Below are positions 25,264 through 38,380 of a stretch of 64,000 nucleotides of DNA, piece by piece. Each line of letters opens with the position of its first letter. The first letter of the stretch is position 1. This DNA comes from Camelus dromedarius (taxonomy: Eukaryota), in the NCBI RefSeq assembly GCF_036321535.1, contig NC_087437.1:9860001-9924000 (forward strand). Reading direction: 5' to 3'. A model generated the notes under the pieces. It was not told where the DNA came from. It searched no databases and saw nothing but the letters and a program-made list of their open reading frames with translations. A program made the position numbers and the translations under genes.

Positions 25264-28200
25264 TACATAAACATATGTGTAGAAGTAAAACCACAAGAAA
25301 ATTAACCACAAGTTTTGTCATAGTTATTTCTGGGGAAGATTTGTTTCTACTTTCATTTCCCAGATTTCTATTAAACATATATTTCTTGGCAAATTTTAAA
25401 AAGTGATGTAAATGTGTTAATTCATGAACCTTTATTAAATAGTATTACATAACTGTGTATAGGATCTCTTTCCATATATTTTGCCTACAGTGAAGTAACC
25501 TTTGTGTTGCCAAATAAAATGAAAAAAAAATAAGTTTATCTGGGTGGTGGGTTTTTGGATACTTCCCATTTTTACTTGGGGCTTTTCTGAATTTTCTAAA
25601 ATATGTATGTACTCAGTATTCAGAGTCCACTAAAACAAATCAATTCTACTTTTTAAAAAACTATCTGGCACTGATGTTATAGATTAAATATACTAAATTA
25701 CTGATCCAGATTAAATTAAGTAATACGAATTCGTGTGACTAATTCTCACCCTCAAAGCAACCTGGACAACATGTCTTTCTCCTCCCTAGATAAGGTTTAC
25801 ACAGTTAAATTGTTGACTAGAAGTGGAAAGCGACAGTATTAAAATAAGGAATTCAATAAAATCAGAAAATTTAAACATTCTAAAAAACAGTCCATTATAA
25901 TGCAACATGGAACTTGAAGTAAAATTTTTAAAGTAGAGCTGTCCTCCTAGGGTAATAACTGAAATCATACTGAAAGTTGCACAACACCAAAACCTAATTT
26001 TATTTTTATCTGTTGGAACCCAAAAGCCATTCAACTGTATCAGAAAGAGCTTTATGGAACTGACTTATTCAGCAGTAGTAACTCTAAGTTAGTGTGTGAC
26101 TTCTGATTTTTTTTTTGGTCTTAATTACACTCAAGCTATTTATATACTCCATGTGACTTTTGCTGGAGAAATCTCTAAGTTATTATTTTCAAAAGTTAAG
26201 CTGGTGACCTACAGAGGAAATTACGTATTTTTATCTCATCACATATGACAGCTGTTTTCCACAGCATATTATCAAGTATTTCACTACGTATCAAAGTTCA
26301 TATTTACAACTGGCTGAGGTTAAATATCAAACCAGACTAAAATTGTCTCTATATTATTCTTATTAGGAAAAAGAAACTTTGATTATAGCATTCCTAAAAA
26401 CAGAGTCACATTTTACCCCAAGTCTTAACATAATGTGGCTTAATAATCTGGAAACACTGAGCTTAAATATATAGCACCTGCAAACCCCAGGGAGCTGCCG
26501 TGTGTGCCTAAACTGGTTTATTGCAGACATAATGGTGATGAGTGACAGCTTTGAACCCATTGAGCAAAGAGTGTTTTGTTTTCCTGGGGGGGGAACCTTA
26601 GTATTAGTGGGGAGGGGTTATTTTATGCACCTTTAATGAACACCTCTAGTAGCTTTCTTTGCCTATAATAATTCAAATAAAGAGTCTTAAAAGCCCATTC
26701 ATTTGCTTGCTGCTAAACAGTGGAAAGTCATTAAGAATTACACATTTAGGAATACTTTGTAAATCATTCTAACGACGTTTTATGAATCATTTCAACACTG
26801 GGAAATAAAGCTGAATTTTTTTCCGTGACTTTTTTTTGTTTCTAATGTGCTATGTTCATTATAAGAATGGATAGATCTACATCTTATCAAAACAAATACA
26901 ATTAAGATGCTTGCTTGGTATTATAAACCTCCCACAAATGACCAATCCACTCAGCGGTCGCAGAAAAGTAACCCAGACTTGACATGGGCTTTAAAATATT
27001 TGTTGATTTTAAGATGAGACGGATACTGATGGAAATTAAACAGCAGAAATAATGGAAAGATTCTATTTTCTCAACCTTCTGTTCCCCTTTTCCTCTTATA
27101 TTTGTAGGGATTCACAACATTTCAAAATGCCAGGTGAGGAATGGCCACACACTAGCACACTAGTTTTATATCCTCAAGATGATGGGAGACACTTATAGAT
27201 GACCAGAGCTATCAATGGTTTACATCCAGTTATTTATCCATGGACCAGGGCCTGGCCTCCTGGAAATAAAGAAGGTGGATTCTGCAAATTTCCAACAACT
27301 AACTTTCCATACAGCAAGTTGACTGAACAAAGAAAATGCACCACCTCTTTCCCAACCAGAGTTGGAGGTGCCGCAGGGTAGGAGTTCTGTGTTATCCACA
27401 CGTCATTTGTCTCAGAGCCTCTAACAAAATGTTGAAAGCACAGAAACGTCCATTAAAACTTGGTTGAAATATTTTTCTAGTAAGTTGAAAGCCTGGAGAA
27501 GGTAGGAGAGAGTTCATTATGAACACCCAAGAGAACAGGTCCCTGTAAGTTAATTATCTTAAGTAATTACACCTTAGTGCATGCTTAATTTTATATACGG
27601 CATAAAATATAATGAAAGCAAATGACACTTTGAAAATTCTACTTTCTGAGAAAAAACTTGGATTACTATATGATTTCTATACAAATTTCTAGTTGAGTAA
27701 TTTGAAGAGAGGCATAAACAGATGAGAGAAAATATCTCAGTTTTGATAACACAGAACTCCATAATAGTTTAGTCATTCAAGATCTGTGTAAGTGTAGACT
27801 GAACTTCCACTGCAGGGAAAGCAGTGTGAAATGTGTGATTTTTACAATGGATAAACACAGAATTACAGAAGCATCAATGTGGAGTGAATGGAAATTGATG
27901 CTAAGTCAAGAATAAGTTTAATACACATGGCTGTAGCTACCTGTCCTTTCTCCTTTGAGAACTGCTTCCAGACTACAGAAGGTAACAATATTTTTAGTCT
28001 CGAAATTCATTATAAAGCAATACAAAAAGAATGAAAAGGAAGCAAAGGTAGGATGCACCAAAACGATGCTTACTGGACTTCTAAAAAAGAAAGTGTTGTC
28101 AATATTTAAATATGTGTGTTGACAGGTGTAGATATACAGACACACATCATAAATATGTACACACATGCATATGCACATTATATATGTATACATGTTTATA

Positions 28201-29971
28201 AAGTGTGTGCTCCTGAATGCTTCCTTGCTTAAAAACTGTCCCTCCCTGTTTGGTTGGTTTTCCATCATTTGTAAAGTTTAGCAGTTTTTGCTGAAGCCCA
28301 ATAACTAAACGTTATAAAAGCTTGATACCACAAAACAATTACAGTAAATGAAACAGCCAAAGTACACAGCTAATATTTGGAAATTACTCATCGTCTATTA
28401 GTATAGCTACGTGTATATACAGCCATTCTTTCATTTTCTTTGTCAGCAGGACCTGGTTTTTTTAGCTCAATTTAATATTTATCAATATGCTCTGTGCTTT
28501 ATACTATGGTATGTGCTGAATACCTAAAGATTATTTAACCATATCTCTATCCCCAAGGGCTATTCCAGACAAAAGACATGTAATAAAGCATGCAGTACAG
28601 AAATCTGAGCTGAAAACTCTCACTATACTTAATAACTGCTAGGTATTAATAAGTCACTTTTCACTGGTCCGCCTTCCACTGAGTGTTCAGATATAAATAA
28701 ATTCCTCCCTCTAAAAAAGAAAGGTGACTGCCCCTGATACTTGTCTAAGCTCCATTTTAATTTCTCAGGTTTCTGGAATTAATGCTCACCTGCTCTATTT
28801 GTTCACTACCACGACATCTACACACTTCCTGGCTTCGGCGTATTTAAACATCACCAAAAAGGTCACTGATCACCTCTGAAGTGTCAGATCCAGAGATCAT
28901 TTCTGCAGCTTTTGATACTGTTCAATATTCACTATTTTTGTTAACTCTTCCCTCTGAATCTCTGGTTCTCAGAATCACTGGTACCTCCTCCCAGCTCTGT
29001 GAGCACTTCGCTACCCCATGTGTGTCTCTCTCTTGTCTCTTCTACTCTCTGGGGATATTTCTCAAAGTTGATTCATCAGTTATGTACCAATCCTCATTCC
29101 CCTCTCTATGTCAATCAAAATTAGACATTTTCACAGGCTCAGTGAAACATTCTATTTTTAAAAAAGTAAACTATAATTAAATATTGTCTACGAATGGAAA
29201 TGGAACACTACCTGATTGGGGAGAAATTCAAGATTTTGCTTAGGAAAGATAGATTTCAATTAACTATAAATTATAAGCAAACCTGTTAAATTGCTATGTT
29301 GACAACAAATGTTTCAGCTATATTAGACCAAAAAGAGGGTTCTAAAAGTGGAATAGATGAAGATTTGCACCCAGTTCAAATTTGCTTTTGTTTTCTATTC
29401 AAAAACCCCATGTGAATAAGACAGGAGGTACAGATTCAAGGGCATAATAGGTTATGTCTTCCTAAGGTCTCCTTAGCTCCACAAGGATGCGCTACCAACA
29501 TGAGTGATTAATTGCACCCACATGGAGTGAGGACCCCACCAGGATACAGGCATCCTGAGTCATGGTTTCTATGCCCTTAGGCTAAGGAAGGAGCCCTGTC
29601 AGACTTAATGTCAATCTACTATCACAGAAGGGAATTCTTTGCTGTGCTCCCGTGACATATTTCTCTTCCGTATTCTATCTTCCCCCACGTTATCAGGTCA
29701 ATGGTGGGTCCAGGCCACGGCCTGTCACATCGTGTAACCCTATCAGTCCGAGGTCTTTTGAAACAGAGCATCAAGGCATGGTGGCTAGAGACCTAGAATA
29801 AGAATCAAGGGAACAAGGCGATTTATTCCAGTTCCAGCCATATTTTGAGAAAGTCTTGGACTTTCCTTTTACTTCTGTTTTTCATCACCTACAAAAATGA
29901 GATCGCACCTCATGATTACTGATTCATCTTCAAACTCACTGATTTGAGAGAGGTGATAACACTTTTCTCTC

Positions 29972-30172
29972 CATCAGCCACGCAGATCTGGCCTGCCATC
30001 AGCTTTTGCAGATGAATGTGATTGAAGACACAATCACACCCATCTATGACACGTAACTTAGGGCTTCTTTCACTACAAGAACAAAGTTGAGAAGTTGGTG
30101 CAGAGACCAGATAGCCCAGAAAGCCCAAAATATTTGCCTTCTGGCCTTTTACAGAAAAAGTTTGCTGACCAA
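29972..30172. mobile_element. MER58A-like hAT-Charlie element
   Basis: aaagcccaaaatatttgccttctggcctttacagaaaaagtttgctgacc terminus. Confidence 0.8.
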
Positions 30173-30751
30173 CAAATCTACAAGGCCTCCTCTGATGTCT
30201 CCAGAGGTCAGTCCCGTATTTTCAACTCACTGTTAGGTTAAGCAACACTTGGATGTGCCACCAACACCAGATATCCAAAATGAGCCAAAAAATATATATT
30301 ATTTAGATGGAAAAGCGGCATTGTTTTTCTTTCTCTTCCATTACTTTTCATTTTTAGAGGGAAGTGCCACAAAAGTCAACATTATACAGAAATGCAGTCA
30401 TATCTTTTAGAGGCTGTAAAGTATGCTGGTCATGAGTCTCAGTGTCACAACTGCCAATGGAATCAAACTTCCTAAGTTACACTCTGAGCTCTTACACTTA
30501 TCATTCACTATCTCCTAACGTGTTAATACAGTGTAAGATTTAAAACAACACTATTTCCTGTAAAGCACATTTATCAATTTCAGACACATAGTAAGTGCTC
30601 CATAAATTTCAGCTATTATTACGAATAAATGGTAATATCCTCAGCTTCTAGCAGAGAAAATTCTTTTTTTTTTAAAAAGATTTGAAGTGCCTGGGCTGTA
30701 TCTGAGACCCTTGTGATCATTCAGGGAGATTGAGCAATTTTTTTAAAATAC

Positions 30752-30846
30752 ATTTTACTGAAGTACAGTCAATTACAATGTGTCAATCTCTGGTGCACAA
30801 CCCAATGTCCCAGTCATGCATATACACACAGATATCCGCTTTCATT
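30752..30846 (-). mobile_element. Short L1 3' end, same family as the 51.4 kb copy
   Basis: gaagtacagtcaattacaatgtgtcaat...gtcccagtcatgca shared with 51350-51410. Confidence 0.8.
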
Positions 30847-31479
30847 AGAATAGAAAACTCTTAATGAATTAATTAAAAGATTGAGTTAATTACGACTACT
30901 GATAATTTCATCTTACTAGTTACTCAGGCCAAAAGCTCAGCCCTACCTTTGGCTTTAATATCTCCAGTAGACCCACAATCAAATTCTGTGGATTGTTTAC
31001 TGGTAGACTGTATGAATCTGAGTCTCCAGACTTTTCTCCTTGCATGTAGAATTGTCTCCCTCTCCTTCTGTCTCAATAAATCCATTAGAAACTCACATAT
31101 AACGCAGGAATTCCACAATAATTTGTGAAAGAATCCTATGACATCTACATCAAGAATAAATCTCTGTAGCAGAATAGATCTTAACCTATACGTAACATAC
31201 AGATGCTGGAGATTTTTAAGCAAGAAAGGGAAAAGAGAAGCAATGCTGAGCTACTGAGTCTCCTGTATGTTCCCACGTGATCTTCCATGAATTATGTTAG
31301 ATCACTGACAAAGAATATGGGACACAATAATCTAGCACTTGCAGAAATGTCTTCACTGGGTTACAATTTAGTCATGTCCTCTAAATGTTTTTGTAAAGAA
31401 CATGTCCAAGAGACCTCTGTCTGAAAAGCCCCCTGAATATTCCAAATCACAATCAAAGACGCCTAATAATTTAAAATTT

Positions 31480-31756
31480 CTGTCTAATGGTAGCAATTAG
31501 CTCCACATAGCTACTGCGAACTTGATATATGACCAGTCCAAATTGAGATGTGCTGTTAAGTGCCACACATACAGTTGATTTCAAAGACATAATAAGAAAA
31601 AAATCATGTATCTCATTAATAATTTTATATTGACTTTATGTTACAATAATACATTTTTGGACACTAGTTGATTAAATAAATTATTAACATTTCCTTTTTA
31701 TAATGTGGCTAATAAAAACCTAAACATAGATTGTATTTTATTTCTATTTGACAGTA
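31480..31756. mobile_element. MER33-like hAT-Charlie element
   Basis: aattgagatgtgctgttaagtg...gatttcaaagac...tatctcattaataattttatattga...tttctatttgacag. Confidence 0.75.
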
Positions 31757-31799
31757 TTTGTATAAAGAGATGCGTCAATGACCCGTTATTAAAACCATC

Positions 31800-32430
31800 A
31801 GTACAAGTCTTTCGCTTCTTTGTTAAGTTGATTCTTAACTTTAATTTTATTCTTTTTGCTGCTGTTGTAAATGGGATTGTTTTCCTTTTTGGATCATTTA
31901 TTATTTGTGTATAGAAACACAACTTATTTTTGCATACTGATTTTGCATCCTGCAACTTCACTGAATTTGTTTATCAGTTTCAAGTATTCCTGTTAAGTTT
32001 TAGAGTTTGCCACGTATGTAATCAAGTCACCTGCAACACAGAGATAATTTTACTTCTTCCTTTTGGATTTGGATACCTTTTACTTATTTTTCTTGGGGGA
32101 AGGAGGAAACAGAGAGATGTCGATTGGGCAAGGGGTACGAAAGTCTCAGTTATGCAAGATGAATAGCTTTAGAGACCTTACGCTCAGCAATGTGAATATA
32201 GCTAACTTATCATGCTGTGCACTTGGTATTTGCTAAGAAGGTAGAACTTAAGTGTTCTTACCACACACACGCAAAAAAAGAAAATGGTAAATATGTGAAG
32301 TGATGGATATGCTAATTAGCTCCATTGTGGCAATTACTTCATAATGGATATCAAAACTACAATCTGTACACCTTAAGGATAAACAATATTTTTTGTCCAT
32401 TATACTTCAAAAAAGATGGAGGAAAAAAAT
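31800..32430. mobile_element. Older L1 (L1MA9/10-like): antisense ORF2 fragment joined to sense 3' end
   Basis: 31800-32094 is antisense ORF2 (gttgtaaatgggattgttttcc, gcaacttcactgaatttgtttatcag). 32095-32430 is a sense 3' UTR (ggggtacgaaagtctcagttatgcaagatgaat...tatacttcaaaaaag). Confidence 0.75.
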
Positions 32431-32584
32431 CAGTATCTTCGAAACCATTCACTAAACAGAAAAACAAAACAACAATACAACTCAGCAATAATTTTGGCAC
32501 ATCTGTCTCATTTTATGGAATTTTTCACTGTGGAAGCCAAAGGTGTACAAATATACCCTCCCTTTCTTCTGTGGATCTGGAGTT

Positions 32585-32925
32585 GAGCATGTGACTTCAG
32601 CTCAGCCAATCAGATTCCTGCCCCAGATTTTGGAACTGAAGGGACCAACAGACCAACCAGGTCCCTAACTAGTTACAGACATCCTATCGGGAGCAGCAGA
32701 ACACGTCCACTGGCAACGGTGTCTGTGGCAGGACCCTTGGAGCATCCTAATGATTGTACCTGTGACTTGACCTGAGCCAGGTTCTCTGACACCCTTGGTT
32801 TTGCCAATTTCCTTCACCTCATTGCCCTGTGATCTCACTGATTCTATGAGCCCCCCAGTACCCTGCTAATAAACTCTCTTCCAGCTTAGGTTAACTAAAG
32901 CCAGCTTCTAGGCTTGCATCTACGC
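32585..32925 (+). mobile_element. ERVL/MaLR-class LTR fragment (LTR33-like)
   Basis: gcatgtgacttcagctcagccaatcagatt...aataaactctcttccagcttag. Confidence 0.55.
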
Positions 32926-33029
32926 ACACGGAATGCAAACACTTAGAATATTTTACTATTTTTCTTTTCATCAGGAAATAATGTCACATTTAGTGCCCCC
33001 TAGTACAAGGGTTTTTATACATGCATGTA

Positions 33030-34300
33030 CTACACTGAGATCCTCTGGTGGGCTTGTTAAAACACAGATTGCCGGGCCCCACCCCCACAGTTTCTAATTC
33101 AGTAGCTGCGGGCGGAGCCAGGGAATCTGCATTTCGACAAGTTCCATGTGATGCTGCTGCTGGTCCCCGGACTTCACTTTAGGAAAGACAGTCCTAGTAA
33201 TTACTGTTCCCGCTGCTTCTTTTAAATGGTCTTCTCAATAAATAACATTTTCTTTCCTATTGTTTCTAACTTGTTTAGCTTATATGTTTTAGAATTTCAA
33301 CAAGGCATTAGATAGTGAAAATCTTAAAACCTTAGCCTTTAAGAAGAGGTACTTCACTATCTGATTCAGATGTATATTGGCTGACAATTCACTTATACTC
33401 TTGGTTTAAGCAACACCAATCCACGAGTGTGCTGTGTGCATCAGCTCACGCAGGGATCTTGTCGGAATGCAGGTGCTGATTCAGCAGATCTGGGGTGTGG
33501 CCAGAGAGTCCGTTCGAACAAGCTCACGGGTGATGCTGATACTGCTAGTCTGTGGACCACACTTTGAGTACCAAGAACACAGAGCATGTATAACATTTTA
33601 CCACCTCTAGTTTTTTTCTTTTTTTTTTAAGCTGAACAAATGAGAAGATTTCTACTTCTCTCTCGTTATCTACTTTCCAACAAGTTAAGATCCACCTCAG
33701 CTCTCCTTCCTCATGACCCCCTCCCAGAAGAGACAGATTCCATTTCTCAGCGACCTTATCGGATGTACTGTGCACTATCCCTGTGAGGATGAGTAACAAA
33801 CTCCTCTATTTTGTCTGTTGAGTTTTGCTGAATGTTTGCATGCACGTGAGCTCTGGAGTTGGAAATGGACTGGAACTTCATCCCCACTCACTCCTAACCC
33901 CAGGGCTACTGATTCCTCTGAGCTCAGTGTTACTTTTAAAAGCAAGGATAACAGCATCTACCTTTCAGCCTTCTTGTTTTTTTGTTTTTGTTTTTGTTTT
34001 TTTTTTTTTAGCTAAGATTAGCAAAAACTAATAAAGATCACCCCTAACACAGTCCTGGTACCAAACAGGTGATGAATAAATGCTGGTGATGTTTCCCTGC
34101 TTTCCCTTCTCTGGTTTGTATATCAACTCAGCAACTCATCACTCGATCTGAAACTTTAATGTGCATCAGAGTGACTTGGGGGGATTTTGCAAAATGCAGT
34201 TGCCCACTCTACCTCAGTGAGATGCTTTGGACCCATAACTCCTCCTTTCACACGATTCCCATGTGATTCTGTGGCTCAGGGACTTTTTTTGAGAAGTACT
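33030..34300. mobile_element. Cluster of three MER5-family elements (about 33030-33190, 33430-33575, 34140-34300)
   Basis: cttgttaaaacacagattgccgggccccacccc; ggtgatgctgatactgctagtctgtggaccacactttgag; gcatcagagtgacttggggg...tttgagaagtact. Confidence 0.75.
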
Positions 34301-34929
34301 AGCTCCAAGTTCCTACGAGGTGTTGTAATTTTGTTTATGACCAGCTGGTATAGTATTTCCTACACGCTGTTATTCTAAAAATGCTGGCCATGTGATACAC
34401 TATTAGCTATAATAGTAATAGCAACAACAATAATAGCAATAAGTGTAAACCATATGAATAATGATTGATGGCTTTATTGTTTTTATTGTGCATCACATTT
34501 GCAGTTCTCTGTTAACCCAATTATTTTACTGTCCAGGTAATTTCCCTACTAGATTTTACTAGATACAGAGCATGAAGTTCCCAACTCCTCAGTCTGCCTT
34601 AACAAGAATAAATGTCTTTGGACTTCAAAACTAAAAGCACCTACTTGTCCAATGATTAAAAAGTATGTAATTACTTGCCCCATTACACATGGAGTAAAAT
34701 CCTTATTTTTATAATATGAAGGCTTCAAATTCTTTCATTAAAGAGTTTGGACTACTTTTTATGACTTCAAGAGATCACAATGTCCCAAGAACCCTTTTAG
34801 CCAATGAATACACATGAGCCACGCTCATTCCTGCTGGCGTGGGGTTTTCAATCCAACCAAATAAATAGGCACTTAATATAACTTATATAAGAGAAGAATA
34901 CAACAATTACGTACAGAAGAGTGACTGTG

Positions 34930-35346
34930 TTGTGGGCTCTAGGCTGTACCACCCAGATCCCCCTGCAGGATTAAAGGACTTCATTTTTCAGCTTCTAGAA
35001 ATGCTACTGGTTGACACGCAGCTGTCATTCCTCCCCAGTTATTTTGCTCAGGTGGAGAGAGCTTCCTGGCCCAAGGTCATGTCCCCTTTACAGGACAGTC
35101 AGTATCCAATGACTGGCCAAGGTGGGGATATAGTTTGGACTCTTGCACCAACTTAGGGTACGTCTGGGCCACCCCCATTCTAGAGCTCATGGTTTGGCTG
35201 AGCTCTTTGTGTGACTGCATCATAACCCAGCTTCTCCCTGGTTCCAGTCCTGCTGTCTTCCCTCCCCCACCACGTGTTGAACCCCAGTAAACTCCATGCA
35301 CACTAATCTCCTCCTAGAGTCTGCTTCCCAAGAAGCCCAACTGCAA
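34930..35346 (+). mobile_element. LTR16-like ERVL LTR
   Basis: ccagatccccct...ggcccaaggtcatgtcccct...tatccaatgactgg...agtaaactccatgcacactaatctc...agagtctgcttccca. Confidence 0.75.
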
Positions 35347-37085
35347 TGGGCTGCACATGGAAATTGAATGTCGGCATGCCTCCCTTGGCATCCTCTTGCA
35401 TACCAGCATTTATTTCATATTTCCTACTCCCATTAGCCTTTGCGCTTACAGAATGACTTAATTTATAAGCCAGGCTCCCTATAAATTCACGTCTACCACT
35501 TTATTCAGCTCAAAAAATAGGATCCACTTTTTGCCTCAAAGAAAAACTCATTACTTTCACCAAAAATATTTGCATGAAAGACGATGACTTATTTGTTGGA
35601 AGAAAAGAGAGTCTGGCTTATTTGAGGCACTAGACTCAGAAATATCTCCCTTCACTCTGCTCTGAAAGGTTTTAATAAGAATCATACATTTATAGAACAT
35701 TTGCTCTGCATCAAATATGTGAAGGGCTTTTATATTCATTCTCTCACTTTATCCCAAGAAAGCCTTCATGAGTTACAAATTATTATTATCCCATTACACT
35801 AGGAAGAAAACTGAAGTTTAATGAGTGCAAACAAATGTGTCCAATGAAACAAATCCAGTAGGTGATGAAGCTTTAACTTTAATTCAAACCCAGACTGTGG
35901 ACACTGACACTTAGGTACCATTTACAGGCATCCTGTAAACCACTTAGGGTCTTCAAAGGGTTAAGTGCCATTTCATATACTTATTTTTAAAACCCCATTC
36001 TCTTTCCCCATCTCAAAAGGAACCCAGCGCATTTTACACTAATCTTGAAAACTGAAAACAACCAGGTAGTTTTCAAACGTGTAAATTTTAAATACAATCC
36101 AACACTTTTTCCGACTTTAAAAAGAAATGGAAATTTCCTTTTTTTCCCCTCCACCGGGGTGTTCCACTCCAGTCATAATGCTACTTTTCATTCTGTTCTG
36201 GTTTATGATCATTCAGATGTTGTTAATATGCTAGTAAGGCAAGGCAAAAACCAAGTTTCCATCTGAGGCAATGACTATTTGAGATTTTTAATACCACCTA
36301 ACATAATGTTGAAAAACGAGTAAAATTTCAAGTGTTAGGGTAAGATTTTGCAAAAAGGAATATGATGACAAGACAGAGAGACACAGTACATTGTCTACTA
36401 TGTATCATTTTTTCATTACCCTTTTCAAAATCTATCTCATTTTCAGCTACAGAGTAAAATCATATGGTTTGGCCCACAATATTATTGTCTGTATATTAAT
36501 CACTCACCCTTAAATAATGCATTTAATTAAATTTATCTTGGATTTTGAAAAACTAGATTGGAAAGAAACTACAATTTACAGGAAAATATATCACTGGTAG
36601 CATCGGAACACAGTTATTTTAGGTCAAACCACTGCAGGGAAGAAAGATGCCACTCCCAGAGTTTTGATCTACGTAGCTCTGAACTGAAGTCCAAAAGTCT
36701 CTCCTAGAGTCATAATAATAAACTGCACTGGATCAGTAGCCCCGCAGGAAGAAAAAGTAACATTGATACTGAGTCAGTTTCAGGAGAGACTAGCTAACAG
36801 TAGAAAGACTGCAAAGTTCCCAAGCAATCAGACTTGGCAGTAAAAATTTAGACCATTTACTGCTTGACAAAATCAAAAGCTGAGTTGGAAGCCAAATGAA
36901 AATAGATTCTTCTACCTGGTAGTGTCATTAGAAAGGTTAGGTTAGATTGTCTGTACATTTATAAAATGATAAGAAGGCCGTGTAATTTTATGCACGCCAT
37001 ATCAACACAGAATTCACCTAAGGATGAGAATGGAGGAAACACCATAAAATCTTAGAAGCAAATATTTCAAAGACCACACTCATAT

Positions 37086-37087
<2 letters not shown>

Positions 37088-37131
<44 letters not shown>
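37088..37131. repeat. (TG)~22 microsatellite
   Basis: Perfect GT run. Confidence 0.97.
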
Positions 37132-37133
<2 letters not shown>

Positions 37134-37520
37134 TCTCTCCAATAATAAACTTAAATTTTGCATATAAATAAAGTCTAAGTGTCTTATTTTTATAAACTCA
37201 CCCACCACCCAAATAACGAGGCTGGATAACAATGGAAGGTACAAAATCTAGAGCTTGCCTGCATCATGATCGCTGTGTCTCTTTTCATCTAAAATTTCCA
37301 GAAGAAATTACAGTACCTCCATTTCTGGAATTCTGAGATGGCTACAACCTGTATGAAATCTAAATCAGGTCTCCAGTGAAAGCATTAATAACATACGGTA
37401 TGTTCTTGACCTGGTGTGTATCGTCTACGGGGCTTACAGTAATAGGAGAAAAGAGGCAACTAGTTGGTTCTGTAACAAGCTTTTTAAAAAAATAATATAA
37501 GCCCATTGTTAGGATAGCAC

Positions 37521-37906
37521 TGTTATGGAAAGAGTTATGTGCCCCCAACCCAAATTCATACATGGAAGCTTTAACCCCCATTGCCTCAGACTGTGATTAT
37601 ATTAGGAGAAAGAGGCTTTTAAGAAGTAATTAAGTTAGAATGAGGTCATTAGGGTGGGCTTTAATCTGATATGACCGGTGTCCTTCTAAGAAGAGGAAAT
37701 TAGGACACAGACCGAGGGAAAACCATGTGAAGACACAGGGAGAGAGCAGACATCTACAGGCCGGGGAAAGAGACCTCAAAGATACCAACCCTGCCGACAC
37801 CTTGATCTCAGACCTCTGGCTTCTAGAACGGCGAGAGAATAAAGTCCTGTTGTCTAAGCCACTCAGGCTGTGGCGCTTTGTCACGGCAGCCTTACAAACT
37901 AATGCA
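37521..37906 (+). mobile_element. MLT1B-like MaLR solo LTR
   Basis: tgttatgg...cccaaattcata...gaggtcattagggtggg...gacaccttgatctcagac...aataaa...gcagccttacaaactaatgca. Confidence 0.9.
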
Positions 37907-38337
37907 GGCGTGAGACCCAGCTAGTTGTCACACGACCTAACGGCATAGAGCTGTTTACCCTGGGCGTTATCTGAGAGTGAATGATTCCATCCACAGCAAA
38001 TGCCAACTGTTTGTTACATGTATGACTCAAGCACTTAACCAACCTTACTATCTTACTTATCTAATCAGTCTTCTTTTAGGTTCACATTTGCTTGAAATTC
38101 AGGAGTCTGTGACTCCTCCACCAGACTGTAGATTTCTCAAAGGCATAAAAATAGGATTTATTAACCTTAGGAGGTGGAGTATTAGAATGGAGCCCAGCGC
38201 GCCATATAAATGCTTCAAGAATGGAAGGAGTCCTTGGAGGGGTGAGTGAGCAAATGCTCTCTGAACAGCAGCAGCAGCAGCAGCAGAAGAGCTCCAAGCT
38301 GAACCAGGAATAATTACAATGTGAGTTACCCACTCAC

Positions 38338-38380
38338 CATGTTCGCTGTTGGTGCAAACACACGGCGGTACCAGGACCCC
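38338..38380 (-). other. Candidate 43-nt internal exon ending with a start codon (ATG|GTGAGT)
   Basis: tttttctaaacag|GGGGTCCTGGTACCGCCGTGTGTTTGCACCAACAGCGAACATG|gtgagtgg. Canonical acceptor and donor, A at -3, three CpGs retained in a CpG-poor background. Confidence 0.6.
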
